A DNA stretch of 64,000 nt, taken from assembly GCA_910589085.1 (NCBI GenBank), contig CAJUSG010000001.1:15708-79707 (forward strand). The letters are read 5' to 3'. Made by a program: the position numbers and the translations under genes. This DNA is from an uncultured Oscillospiraceae bacterium. Lineage in GTDB: Bacteria > Bacillota > Clostridia > Oscillospirales > Oscillospiraceae. The notes beneath the pieces are model-generated. The model had not been told where the DNA came from. It did no database searches and saw nothing but the letters and a program-made list of their open reading frames with translations. The stretch's first letter is position 1; each line of letters begins with the position of its first letter. Of this stretch, positions 8,080 through 17,287 are shown in pieces.

Positions 8080-8166
8080 GGCGCAGCAATGCTGTTGTGT
8101 GGGAGGGTATCGCTCCCGCATAGGGGCGTGGGGGAGTAGTGGTCCCTCACGTCCTGCCTAAGTTTG
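8080..8166 (+). ncRNA. Predicted cis-antisense sRNA, copy 2
   Basis: Starts GGCGCAG 7 nt after TATAAT; same three-hairpin fold as copy 1. Confidence 0.6.
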
Positions 8167-8178
8167 TCTCGTAACTAA

Positions 8179-8207
8179 ACTATAGCACAAACTTCTGAAG
8201 AGTACAA
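8179..8207 (-). promoter_or_regulatory. Sigma-A promoter of leader copy 2
   Basis: TTGTAC-17-TATAGT with TG extension; 6 nt later ACGAGAC. Confidence 0.7.
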
Positions 8208-8338
8208 GCAATTTTTTGGCACAGCTCAAAATCAGAGCTGTGCCAGTTTTCGAAAAGAGGGCCATTTGGAGAAAGAAATGATTGCAGGAAGGTAATTTTT
8301 ACAGTATAATAGGCGGGAACGAAAGGAGGTGGACAGCG

Positions 8339-9373
8339 ATGGAGCAGCACGAGATTACCGAGGCGGGGCCGCTGCTTGACGGGCAGGGGAACCTGCGGGA
8401 GGCGGGCTACGCCAAGCGGCTGCTGCCAATTTATGACAGAAACCAGGTTAAGGGAGGCGCCCTGCGGATTAAGGAGTGGGACTACTACCTGGTGATGAAC
8501 GGTCAGTTTGGTTTGGCGCTGACCATTGCGGATAACAGCTATATGGGCTTAGACTCTGTCTCGCTGCTGGATTTTTGGGAGAATACCCAGATTACCAAAA
8601 GTCCCATGCGGCTGCTGCCCATGGGAAGCACCGGAATGCCTGCCTCTTCCGCAGAGGGGGACTGCGCCTCCGGGGGAAGGGGATACTCCCTTCTGTTCCG
8701 CCGGGAGGAGGACAAGCGGGTGCTCTACGCCCACATGGAGAACTTCAGGGGGCGGGAAGCCCTGGACGCATACGTCGAGCTCACAGATGAGCCGGAGGAG
8801 TCCATGGTCATCTGTACCCCCTTTGACAAGCCGGGCCACTTCTATTTTAACCAGAAAATCAACTGTCTGCGGGCCTCCGGCAAGGTGACAGTGGGGGAGG
8901 ACGAGTATATGCTGGACCCCGCCGACTCCTTTGGGGTGCTGGACTGGGGCCGAGGGGTTTGGACCTATCACAACACCTGGTATTGGGCCTCCGCCTCCGG
9001 GCTGGCGGAGAAGGTGCCCTTTGGCTTCAACCTGGGATATGGCTTTGGGGATACCTCCGCCGCCACAGAGAATATGCTGTTTTACAACGGGAGGGCTCAT
9101 AAGCTGTCCAGAGTACGTTTTAAAATCCCCGGCCGCCGGCGCAGGCGCCGCTATATGGAGCAGTGGGAGTTTACCAGCGACGACGGCCGGTTTGAGATGC
9201 GTTTTGACCCCATTCTGGACCGCTCCGTCTGTTCCAGCGCGGTGGGGATTGTCAAATCCGACCAGCACCAGATTTTTGGACGATTTACCGGCCTGGCCGT
9301 TCTGGACGACGGCACAGAGGTGTTTGTCAAGGATTTTCTGGGGTTTGCGGAGGAAGTGGAGAATAAGTGGTGA
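8339..9373 (+). CDS. DUF2804 family protein
   Basis: KEWDYY, LDWGRGVW, FGFNLGYGF, ENMLFY, HQIFG motifs; RBS gaaaggagg. Confidence 0.8.
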   Translation: MEQHEITEAGPLLDGQGNLREAGYAKRLLPIYDRNQVKGGALRIKEWDYYLVMNGQFGLALTIADNSYMGLDSVSLLDFWENTQITKSPMRLLPMGSTGMPASSAEGDCASGGRGYSLLFRREEDKRVLYAHMENFRGREALDAYVELTDEPEESMVICTPFDKPGHFYFNQKINCLRASGKVTVGEDEYMLDPADSFGVLDWGRGVWTYHNTWYWASASGLAEKVPFGFNLGYGFGDTSAATENMLFYNGRAHKLSRVRFKIPGRRRRRRYMEQWEFTSDDGRFEMRFDPILDRSVCSSAVGIVKSDQHQIFGRFTGLAVLDDGTEVFVKDFLGFAEEVENKW

Positions 9374-9966
9374 CACGGCCCATTCCTCAACTGCGTATGG
9401 TCGATACTCCCCATGGGCCCCTTACCTATGTGCTGACCCGAAAACAGGTGAAAAATTTAAATCTTCGCATTGGAGCGGACGGCCAGATCTCGGTGTCTGT
9501 CCCGCTGCGTTGCTCTGCCGGGCAGGCCGATGGGTTTATCCGGGAGAAGAGCGGCTGGATCATGGATGCCATCTGCCGCCGGAAGGAACGGCAGGCGCCG
9601 CCTCTGCCTGCCGTTTCCGGGGAGGAGTGCGTCCGTCTGCTGCGTGAAGCCTTGCTTCGGGTCTATCCTCTAGTTGAGCCTCTGGGGGTCGCCTTTCCGG
9701 TCCTGAAGCTGAGAAGACTGAAGAGCCAGTGGGGCAACTGTCATTGGACTCAGGGGTATATCACCTTGAACACCGCGCTGGCCCGGTGTCCGGAGGAGCT
9801 GCGTGACTATGTGGCGCTTCACGAATTGGTTCATTTTCTCCATCATGACCACGGGCCGGGCTTTTATGCCCGGATGGACACGCTTATGCCCGACTGGCGG
9901 CAGCGTCGAAGGGCGCTGAAATGCTTTGGTGGAGCGATGGAGGAGGAAGGAGGGGAAGACCTGTGA
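9370..9966 (+). CDS. YgjP/DUF45 (M48-like) zinc metallopeptidase
   Basis: SQWGNC, DYVALHELVH, HDHGPGFY, MPDW. Confidence 0.85.
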   Translation: MTRPIPQLRMVDTPHGPLTYVLTRKQVKNLNLRIGADGQISVSVPLRCSAGQADGFIREKSGWIMDAICRRKERQAPPLPAVSGEECVRLLREALLRVYPLVEPLGVAFPVLKLRRLKSQWGNCHWTQGYITLNTALARCPEELRDYVALHELVHFLHHDHGPGFYARMDTLMPDWRQRRRALKCFGGAMEEEGGEDL

Positions 9967-10628
9967 AAAATCCAAACCGCTGGCTGATCTATGGGCTGGG
10001 GATGGCAGTTTTGGCCCTGGGGATCACACTGAATACGAAAACAGGCCTGGGGGTCTCTCCCATCATTTCGGTCTCCTACTGTCTCTCCCAAATTTTTCAT
10101 TGGAACTTTGGAGACATGACCTTTTTGCTGTATGTTGTATTTGTCGCGGTTCAGTTTTTCCTCCGGGACAGGGAGGAGCGGGCGGCAACCCTGATGCAGG
10201 TTGTGGTCAGCCTGATCTTCAGCCGTCTGCTGAACCTGTGTGATGCGATGATTCCCTATCAAGGGGAGGCGTGTGGGCTGGCCATCAATTTAGCTGTGCT
10301 GGCGCTGGCAATTTTCCTCACCGGGCTGGGCGTGGCCATGACGGTAAATATGCGGCTGGCCCCTAACCCGGGCGACGGGATTGTCCAGGCCATTGCGGAA
10401 AAGATTGGACGAGACCAGGGATTTACCAAAAACGTGTTTGACGTGGGATGTGTCAGCGTCACTGCTGCGGTGGGGCTGTGCTTTGCCGGGCGGGTTGTTG
10501 GAATCGGAATCGGCACCCTGGCGGCAATGGTGGGAGTGGGCCGGGCGATTGCTCTGGTGAACCACTTTTATCAGGAGAAAATGCTGGCTGCGGCCGGAAT
10601 GCTGCCGGCTGGGCATGGAAAGGTGTGA
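9963..10628 (+). CDS. YczE/YyaS/YitT-like membrane protein
   Basis: GLGVSPI, PNPGDG, KNVFD, GIGIGT motifs. Confidence 0.8.
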   Translation: MKNPNRWLIYGLGMAVLALGITLNTKTGLGVSPIISVSYCLSQIFHWNFGDMTFLLYVVFVAVQFFLRDREERAATLMQVVVSLIFSRLLNLCDAMIPYQGEACGLAINLAVLALAIFLTGLGVAMTVNMRLAPNPGDGIVQAIAEKIGRDQGFTKNVFDVGCVSVTAAVGLCFAGRVVGIGIGTLAAMVGVGRAIALVNHFYQEKMLAAAGMLPAGHGKV

Positions 10629-10633
10629 AAAGG

Positions 10634-11899
10634 ATGGCATACCGTCCCTTGGCAGACGAGATTCGTCCCCAAACCCTGGATGATGTGGTGGGACAGACCC
10701 ACATTTTGGGTAAAAACGGTCTGCTTCGCCGGATTGTGGAGGGGGGAAATGTTCCCAACCTGATTTTTTATGGGCCATCTGGAACGGGCAAGACCACGGT
10801 AGCCAATATCATCGCGCAGCGGACCAACCGCCCGCTCCACCGGCTGAACGCCACGACTGCCTCTATTTCAGACATCAAGGAGATTATGGCGGACATCGGC
10901 ACCCTTCTGGCTCCGGAGGGAGTGCTGCTCTACCTGGATGAGATCCAGTACTTCAATAAAAAACAGCAGCAGTCGCTGCTGGAATTTATGGAGGACGGCC
11001 GCATCACCCTGATCGCATCTACCACAGAGAATCCGTTTTTTGCTGTCTTCGGGGCGGTGTTGTCCCGGGCCAGCGTCTTTGAGTTTAAGCAGATCACCGC
11101 CCAGGATGTGCTCCCGGCTATCGACCGGGGCATTGCGATCATGGGACAGCGGCTGGGAACAGAGGTTATCTGTGAGGACGGGGTGCGGGAGCACATTGCG
11201 TCTGCCTGCGGAGGAGATGTGCGCAAGGCCATGAACGCTATTGAGCTGCTCCTCACTGCCGCCAGGCGGGAGCAAGGAAAACTCCTTGTCACCCTGGAGG
11301 ATGCCCAGACTGCCGCTCAGAAGTCGGCCATGCGTTATGACCGGGAGGGGGATGCCCATTTCGACATCGCCTCCGCCCTGATGAAGTCCCTTCGGGGCTC
11401 TGACCCGGACGCGGCCCTCCACTATCTGGCTCGGCTACTGGAAGCGGGAGACTTGATTACCGCTATCCGCCGGATCCTGTGCTCCGCCAGTGAGGACATC
11501 GGGCTGGCCTACCCGATGGCGGTCCCTATTGTTAAGGCATGTGTGGACAATGCCCTGCAGCTGGGCCTGCCGGAGGCCAAGTTGCCTCTGGCGGAGGCGG
11601 TAATTCTGCTGGCCACCGCGCCAAAGTCAAACACAGCCTGTATGGCCATCGACGCCGCTCTGGCGGATGTCCGGGCGGGCCGGACAGGGAGCATCCCCCG
11701 GGAACTTCAGAATGTCCATGCGGATTCTGCCGGTCAGGAGCGGAAACAGGGCTATAAATACCCCCACAGCTTTCCACGCCATTGGGTGGCGCAACAGTAC
11801 CTGCCTGATGAACTGGTGGGCACACACTACTATCAATACGGGGATAACAGGACCGAACAGGCCGCCAAACGGTACTGGGAGGAGATTAAGGGAAATTAG
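10634..11899 (+). CDS. rarA: Replication-associated recombination protein A (AAA+)
   Basis: PLADEIRP, GPSGTGKTT, LDEIQ, STTENP, KSLRGSD, SEDIGLA. Confidence 0.92.
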   Translation: MAYRPLADEIRPQTLDDVVGQTHILGKNGLLRRIVEGGNVPNLIFYGPSGTGKTTVANIIAQRTNRPLHRLNATTASISDIKEIMADIGTLLAPEGVLLYLDEIQYFNKKQQQSLLEFMEDGRITLIASTTENPFFAVFGAVLSRASVFEFKQITAQDVLPAIDRGIAIMGQRLGTEVICEDGVREHIASACGGDVRKAMNAIELLLTAARREQGKLLVTLEDAQTAAQKSAMRYDREGDAHFDIASALMKSLRGSDPDAALHYLARLLEAGDLITAIRRILCSASEDIGLAYPMAVPIVKACVDNALQLGLPEAKLPLAEAVILLATAPKSNTACMAIDAALADVRAGRTGSIPRELQNVHADSAGQERKQGYKYPHSFPRHWVAQQYLPDELVGTHYYQYGDNRTEQAAKRYWEEIKGN

Positions 11900-11910
11900 G
11901 AGAGAGAAAG

Positions 11911-12684
11911 ATGGGACTGGAAGAACTGGCGCATATTTGGATCATCGTCTGCCCGCTGGTGTTTTTGGGCGGTCTGATTGACGCGGTAGCGGGGGGCGGT
12001 GGACTGATTACCCTGCCGGCCTACCTGCTGGCTGGGCTGCCCGCTCATATGGCTTCGGGGACCAATAAATGCGGGAACGCCTTCGGGACCTTTCTGTCCA
12101 CCGGCCGCTTTTTAAAGCGGGGAGATGTTCATATTGCCAGCGCCGCGGCTGGGGCGGTGGGTGCGTTGGTGGGGGCCTGGGTGGGTGCGCAGCTCAACCT
12201 CATCATGCCGGAGCAGATGCTCTATTATATCATGCTGGCAGTGGTTCCGCTTATGGCAGTTTTTTTGCTGCTGAAACGGGACTTTGGTCAGGAGGACCGG
12301 TCCGGACAGTTTAGCCGAGCCCAGTTAATGGCTATGGCGCTGGGGATCGGGCTGGTGATTGGCGGCTACGACGGCTTTTTCGGGCCGGGGGCCGGTACTT
12401 TTCTGATGCTGGCCTTTACCGGGCTGTGCCGGTTTGACCTGCTTATCGCCTCAGGCAACACAAAGGTGGCCAATTCGGCCAGCAATCTGGCCTCCCTGGT
12501 CACGTTTGGCCTGGCGGGAAAGGTGATGTGGTCTGTAGGAATTCCAGCCGCCCTGTGCGGCATTGCGGGTAACTACATAGGCTCCAGCCTGGCGCTGAAG
12601 GGTGGGGCAAAGGTGATCCGTCCCATGTTTTTTGTGGTGCTGGGATTGTTGCTGGCCCGGCTGGTATACGGCCTGTTTGCATGA
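11911..12684 (+). CDS. TSUP (TauE/SafE) family transporter
   Basis: IDAVAGGGGLI, GTNK, YDGFFGPGAGTF. Confidence 0.88.
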   Translation: MGLEELAHIWIIVCPLVFLGGLIDAVAGGGGLITLPAYLLAGLPAHMASGTNKCGNAFGTFLSTGRFLKRGDVHIASAAAGAVGALVGAWVGAQLNLIMPEQMLYYIMLAVVPLMAVFLLLKRDFGQEDRSGQFSRAQLMAMALGIGLVIGGYDGFFGPGAGTFLMLAFTGLCRFDLLIASGNTKVANSASNLASLVTFGLAGKVMWSVGIPAALCGIAGNYIGSSLALKGGAKVIRPMFFVVLGLLLARLVYGLFA

Positions 12685-12710
12685 AAAAAGCCGCCAGAGG
12701 GCGGCTCTTT

Positions 12711-13817
12711 TCATAGCTTTGAACTGTAATAATCGACCAGCAGGTCCACACAGGCCCCATAGGAGCGGATGCCCAGTTCCTGATCGTTGCTCTTGAGAAA
12801 GGTATCGTAGACATCTCCGGCCGCATCCTCTACGGGGGATTCCAGGGCGGCCCAATAGGCATTGTTGTCATACCAGTCTGTGGCCAGCTCCCGGTTAAAG
12901 GTGTTCTCAACGATACGCTGCCAGGCCTCCGGAGAGACGGGATACAGGGCGTTGCACAGGTTAATCAGGCCCATGAGGTAACCGGAATATTGAAACACCA
13001 CATCGTCACAGGAGGTACAGGCGGCAATACCCACAAAGTTTGCCTCCAGCTCAGAGGATACCATCCGCTGGTGGGACATCTCGTGGCTGATGGTGGCGGG
13101 TACAAGACAGGCCGGAGCATCCACATTTACATTTGCTTCTCCGGTAAACGGGAAATAGATTCCGGTAAAGCCGAGCATACTTTGAAATCTGGAGCACAGC
13201 AAGGGCTTTGCCTTTACGGCTGTGATATTCAGGCTGGAGAACTCCTGCGCGATATTTTGATAAATATCCGGCCCTCTGTCAAAGCACTGGGAGAGGTCCT
13301 CAATAAAATGACCTTCCGTGTCCCGGGATACTTTGGGGGCCAGAGCGGCGGCCTGACGGGCAAAGTACTCGGTAACGGCGGTCAATTCCTCCACCGAATG
13401 GGGGTTGGATGCCAAATGCTCCCGCTGAGCGAAGGATGGTACATAGTAAGCGACATTCCAAAGCCAGCAAAGTCCGGCCCACAGCCATAACCAGACAGAT
13501 ACGAGGGCGGTCAGCCGGCGCAGGAAGGGGAGAAGGGCCTTCTGTTGAACGAGCAGAACTATCGCGCGAATGGACCAGATCACACATCCGGCCAGAAAGA
13601 GAATGGTAAGCGTCTCAGCAATTGAGAAGGGGAAAACAGACCAGACCCGCCCTGAAAACTGTTCCACCGGGGCCATAATGCCGAATACCCAACCGGACAT
13701 CAAGGATTGATTGTTTTTCAGCAGTTCAAATAGGATAATCAGCGCTGAAGGGATGGTAATGGCGCCCAACAGCAGCCAGACCCGATTAAACACGATATAT
13801 TTTCTTTTGGTTTCCAT
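12711..13817 (-). CDS. DUF3810 membrane-anchored putative metallopeptidase
   Basis: GIYFPFTGEANVN, HEMSHQ, ELEANF. Confidence 0.8.
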   Translation of the reverse strand: METKRKYIVFNRVWLLLGAITIPSALIILFELLKNNQSLMSGWVFGIMAPVEQFSGRVWSVFPFSIAETLTILFLAGCVIWSIRAIVLLVQQKALLPFLRRLTALVSVWLWLWAGLCWLWNVAYYVPSFAQREHLASNPHSVEELTAVTEYFARQAAALAPKVSRDTEGHFIEDLSQCFDRGPDIYQNIAQEFSSLNITAVKAKPLLCSRFQSMLGFTGIYFPFTGEANVNVDAPACLVPATISHEMSHQRMVSSELEANFVGIAACTSCDDVVFQYSGYLMGLINLCNALYPVSPEAWQRIVENTFNRELATDWYDNNAYWAALESPVEDAAGDVYDTFLKSNDQELGIRSYGACVDLLVDYYSSKL

Positions 13818-13852
13818 AGATACTCCTTCGATTGGCAGATGTCTTCCGACAA

Positions 13853-15022
13853 TCACTGCCGAATGATGATGGGGTTGGTGGTCCATTCCAGACCGCCGGG
13901 TCTGGGGGTGGGGAAGCAGAGGGAATAAAGGTCGGTGAACCGCTCTTCCAGCGCGAAAAGAGCCCGGGCCTCTGGAGAAAAGCGGGGAATTTGGGCGGGC
14001 TTGACGAAAAAGGGGAGAGAGGCCGTCTGATTCATTTTCCGCAGAAGCTCCCGACCTCGGTGGTTGAAGCCCAGGACCCGAATATAGGGCGGGGCGGTGG
14101 GCCGGTTCTCCTCCCGCAGTCCCAGCAGCGCGTAGAGGGCCAGCCGGCGGACCCGGGCATGGGCGTAGGTCCGGGTTTTGGTTAAGGTGTACAGCTCCTC
14201 CAGACTTGCCGTCTGCCGGGCGGCGTACAACAGCCGGGCGGCCAACCCGTCGCCGCTGTCAGGGAGGGCTTCCGCTTCCTCCAGGGTTATGGAGCGCAGC
14301 TGGGCGATCAGTGCCCGCTCCAGATACTTCATATCTGCCGTCTCACCCTTCCAGGGCAGGGACAGGAAAGGGGAGACGCCTGTCACCTCTTCTGCCCGCA
14401 GTCTCTGCCGCAGGAGGGAGGCGGAGCGAAAACCGTCCTCCTCGACAGGGCTGTCGTGTCCCGAACCCCGGCGGGGAATTGTGACCGGCTCCATGTCCGG
14501 AGGCAGGAAGCGCAGATACTCCACCCCCAGGTTGTTGTTGGGAGAGTCCAGCAGAGCGGCGGTCTCCTCACCGAGCAGTGCCGCTGCTGCCCGGCGGCGG
14601 CACTGGGCAAAGGAGCACTTCGGCCTCAGTTCCCGGCGCAAAGCGGCAGAGAATTCCGGGCTGTTGAGGCACTGTGCCAGTTCCCGAAGGCGGATAATCT
14701 CCCCGCACTCACTGCCAAAGGAGAGAACATTCACCAGTCCTGTGGCGGCCAAAATTGCCACAGCCCCTCTGGCAAAGCCTTCGGCGGAGGCGGTAGCCCA
14801 GACGGTGGGGAGCTCCAGTACCAGGTCCGCACCGCCGGTCAGAGCCATTTCCGTACGAGTCCACTTGTCCGTGATGGCGCACTCTCCACGCTGGACCCAG
14901 TTGCCGCTCATGACGGCGACAACCGCGGTTTCTCCCTGAAACAATCGCCTGGTTTCTGCAATATGATAGGCATGTCCAGTGTGAAAGGGGTTGTATTCGG
15001 CGACGATTCCAACGGTTTCCAA
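13853..15022 (-). CDS. tmcAL: tRNA(Met) cytidine acetate ligase (YlbM family)
   Basis: GIVAEYNPFHTGH, MSGNWVQRGE, PNNNLGVEY, YIRVLGF. Confidence 0.88.
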   Translation of the reverse strand: METVGIVAEYNPFHTGHAYHIAETRRLFQGETAVVAVMSGNWVQRGECAITDKWTRTEMALTGGADLVLELPTVWATASAEGFARGAVAILAATGLVNVLSFGSECGEIIRLRELAQCLNSPEFSAALRRELRPKCSFAQCRRRAAAALLGEETAALLDSPNNNLGVEYLRFLPPDMEPVTIPRRGSGHDSPVEEDGFRSASLLRQRLRAEEVTGVSPFLSLPWKGETADMKYLERALIAQLRSITLEEAEALPDSGDGLAARLLYAARQTASLEELYTLTKTRTYAHARVRRLALYALLGLREENRPTAPPYIRVLGFNHRGRELLRKMNQTASLPFFVKPAQIPRFSPEARALFALEERFTDLYSLCFPTPRPGGLEWTTNPIIIRQ

Positions 15023-15211
15023 GGGCGGCCCTCCTGTTTGATTGTCTGATTCTATGAAACGGTGGAAAAAATATATGGAAGAAAAGTGAAAAAGTGGTTG
15101 TCCATTTCAGAAAAAAGCGTTAAAATAGGAGTATCAACCGGGCTGTCTCCATTGTATTACATTCCACGCCGGGAGGCAACCCAAATTTGATTTTAGAAGG
15201 AGAAGAGTCCC

Positions 15212-16405
15212 ATGAATATTTTGGTAATCAACGCCGGCAGTTCCTCTTTGAAGTATCAGCTGCTCAATCCTGAAACCCAGCAGGTGCTGGCCAAGGGCCT
15301 GTGCGAGCGCATTGGCATTGACGGCAAATTTACCTATAAGCCCGAGGGGAAGCAGGCGGTTAAGGAGGCCGACGTGGCCATGCCCACCCACAACGAGGCC
15401 ATCAAGGCTGTGCTGGATGCCCTGGTGGACAAGGACAACGGCGTCATCGGCTCCATGAAGGAGATCGACGCTGTGGGTCACCGGGTGGTCCATGGTGGGG
15501 AGAAGTTTGCCAAGTCGGTTCTCATCACCGGTGAGGTCATGGCCGCCATTGAGGAGTGCAACCCCCTGGCCCCCCTCCACAACCCCGCCAATATCATCGG
15601 AATCAAGGCATGTCAAGCACTTATGCCTGACACTCCTATGGTGGCGGTTTTCGACACCGCGTTTCACCAGACCATGCCCGCTGAGGCCTATATGTACGCC
15701 CTTCCCTATGAGTACTATGAGAAGGATAAGGTCCGCCGCTATGGCTTCCACGGCACCTCTCACAAGTATGTGACCCAGCAGGCCGCCGCCATGCTGGGCA
15801 AGCCCCTGGAAGAGCTGAAGCTGATCTCCTGCCATCTGGGTAACGGCTCCTCCATCGCCGCCGTGGACGGCGGTAAGTCGGTGGACACCTCCATGGGCTT
15901 TACCCCCCTGGCCGGTCTGCCCATGGGCACCCGCTGCGGCGACATCGATGCGGGTATCCTCCAGTACCTGATGAATAAGTATGGCATGGATATCGACAAG
16001 ATGCTCAACGTGCTGAACAAGAAGTCCGGCGTGGAGGGCCTGAGCTGCGTCAGCTCCGACTTCCGGGATCTGGAGACCGCCGCTGAGAAGGGAGACCAGA
16101 AGGCGGCTCTGGCTCAGAAGAAGTTCGCCTATGAGGTACGCAAATATGTGGGCGCGTATGCCGCCGCTATGGGTGGAGTAGATGCTGTCATCTTCACCGC
16201 GGGCGTAGGCGAGAACGATAAGACCATCCGGTCCATGGTCTGTAAGGGCCTGGAGTACATGGGTCTGAAGGTGGACGAGGCCGCCAACGATGTCCGGGGC
16301 AAGGAGACTGTGATCTCCGCCGCCGATTCCAAGGTAAAGGTGCTGCTGATTCCCACCAACGAGGAGCTGATGATCGCCATTGATACCGCCGCACTGGCCA
16401 AGTAA
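15212..16405 (+). CDS. ackA: Acetate kinase
   Basis: [33 protein letters not shown]. Confidence 0.97.
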   Translation: MNILVINAGSSSLKYQLLNPETQQVLAKGLCERIGIDGKFTYKPEGKQAVKEADVAMPTHNEAIKAVLDALVDKDNGVIGSMKEIDAVGHRVVHGGEKFAKSVLITGEVMAAIEECNPLAPLHNPANIIGIKACQALMPDTPMVAVFDTAFHQTMPAEAYMYALPYEYYEKDKVRRYGFHGTSHKYVTQQAAAMLGKPLEELKLISCHLGNGSSIAAVDGGKSVDTSMGFTPLAGLPMGTRCGDIDAGILQYLMNKYGMDIDKMLNVLNKKSGVEGLSCVSSDFRDLETAAEKGDQKAALAQKKFAYEVRKYVGAYAAAMGGVDAVIFTAGVGENDKTIRSMVCKGLEYMGLKVDEAANDVRGKETVISAADSKVKVLLIPTNEELMIAIDTAALAK

Positions 16406-16413
16406 ATAGCAGT

Positions 16414-16449
16414 AAAAACAGGCGGGCGCATATGCGCCCGCCTGTTTTT
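16414..16449. terminator. Bidirectional terminator
   Basis: Perfect palindrome aaaaacaggcgggcgcat/atgcgcccgcctgttttt between convergent genes. Confidence 0.8.
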
Positions 16450-16471
16450 GTATGTTAAGCGCCGGTTTTCC

Positions 16472-16954
16472 TTACAGGTCCAGCTTTAAGTATACGCTGT
16501 CATCAATAGGATTGTCGTTGTAGCGCTCAATGTCATAGAAACCGAGGGCGCGATACATGCGGATGGCACTGTCCAGAAATGGGAAGGTGTCCAGCAGCAT
16601 ATGGGAGTAACCGATCTCTCTGGCGTCATCAATGACCCGCTGGACCAGCTGTCCGCCGATGTGGGCATCCCGAAACTGCGGGCGGACATAGAGCCGTTTC
16701 ATCTCGCAGGACTGTTCGTCAATTTTCCGCAGTCCAATACAGCCTGCCGGCGTTCCGTCACAGAGGGCCAGATACAGCCGCCCCCAGGGCTGACCGTATT
16801 TCTGCTCCAGATGGGCCAGTTCCCCGTCGTAGTTTTGGAGAGCCAGATAGTCCCGGAAGGCGCTGTTGCCCGCAATGAGCAGCTCTGTATATTCGGAAAA
16901 CAGCTCGCTGATTTCCTGGGGATACCCGTATGCGGGGAGAATGGTTAAATTCAT
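16472..16954 (-). CDS. GNAT acetyltransferase
   Basis: CEMKRLYVRP, LDT, AIRMYRALGF. Confidence 0.88.
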   Translation of the reverse strand: MNLTILPAYGYPQEISELFSEYTELLIAGNSAFRDYLALQNYDGELAHLEQKYGQPWGRLYLALCDGTPAGCIGLRKIDEQSCEMKRLYVRPQFRDAHIGGQLVQRVIDDAREIGYSHMLLDTFPFLDSAIRMYRALGFYDIERYNDNPIDDSVYLKLDL

Positions 16955-17067
16955 ATGTATAGCCTCCTGAATGTTTGTCTTTATTTTATCACAGCGAAGG
17001 GGCATTGACAAGAAAGAAACCACACTATATTATAATAGCAGCAATAAATAAAGGTGGTGGGAAGGAT

Positions 17068-17268
17068 ATGGACATCCACATCAATGATATCCTGAAAATG
17101 AAAAAGCCCCACCCCTGCGGCAGTCAGGAGTGGCTGGTTCTGCGGGTAGGAATGGACTTTAAGATGCGCTGCCAGGGCTGCGGACATGAGGTCATGCTGC
17201 CCCGCGGCAAGGTAGAGAAGAATATTAAGAAGGTTTTCCGGGAAGGACAGCCTGTGGAAAACCTGTAA
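17068..17268 (+). CDS. DUF951 family protein
   Basis: MKKPHPCGS.EW...RVGMDF..RC.GCGH. Confidence 0.88.
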   Translation: MDIHINDILKMKKPHPCGSQEWLVLRVGMDFKMRCQGCGHEVMLPRGKVEKNIKKVFREGQPVENL

Positions 17269-17287
17269 AGGAAAGGAGCCTTACTAT

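Larger units (their letters stand above)
7886..8172 (-). ncRNA. Conserved structured 5' leader (attenuator candidate), copy 2
   Basis: Homologous to 1842-2158; terminator stem 7981-8010 followed by UUUUGUUUGUCUCG. Confidence 0.7.

Noticed and set aside
7967..8171. CGAGACAAAC/GTTTGTCTCG as the ends of an invertible DNA segment
   Set aside because: The copy 1 equivalent depends on G-U pairs, which points to RNA pairing; the sense promoter lies outside the repeats
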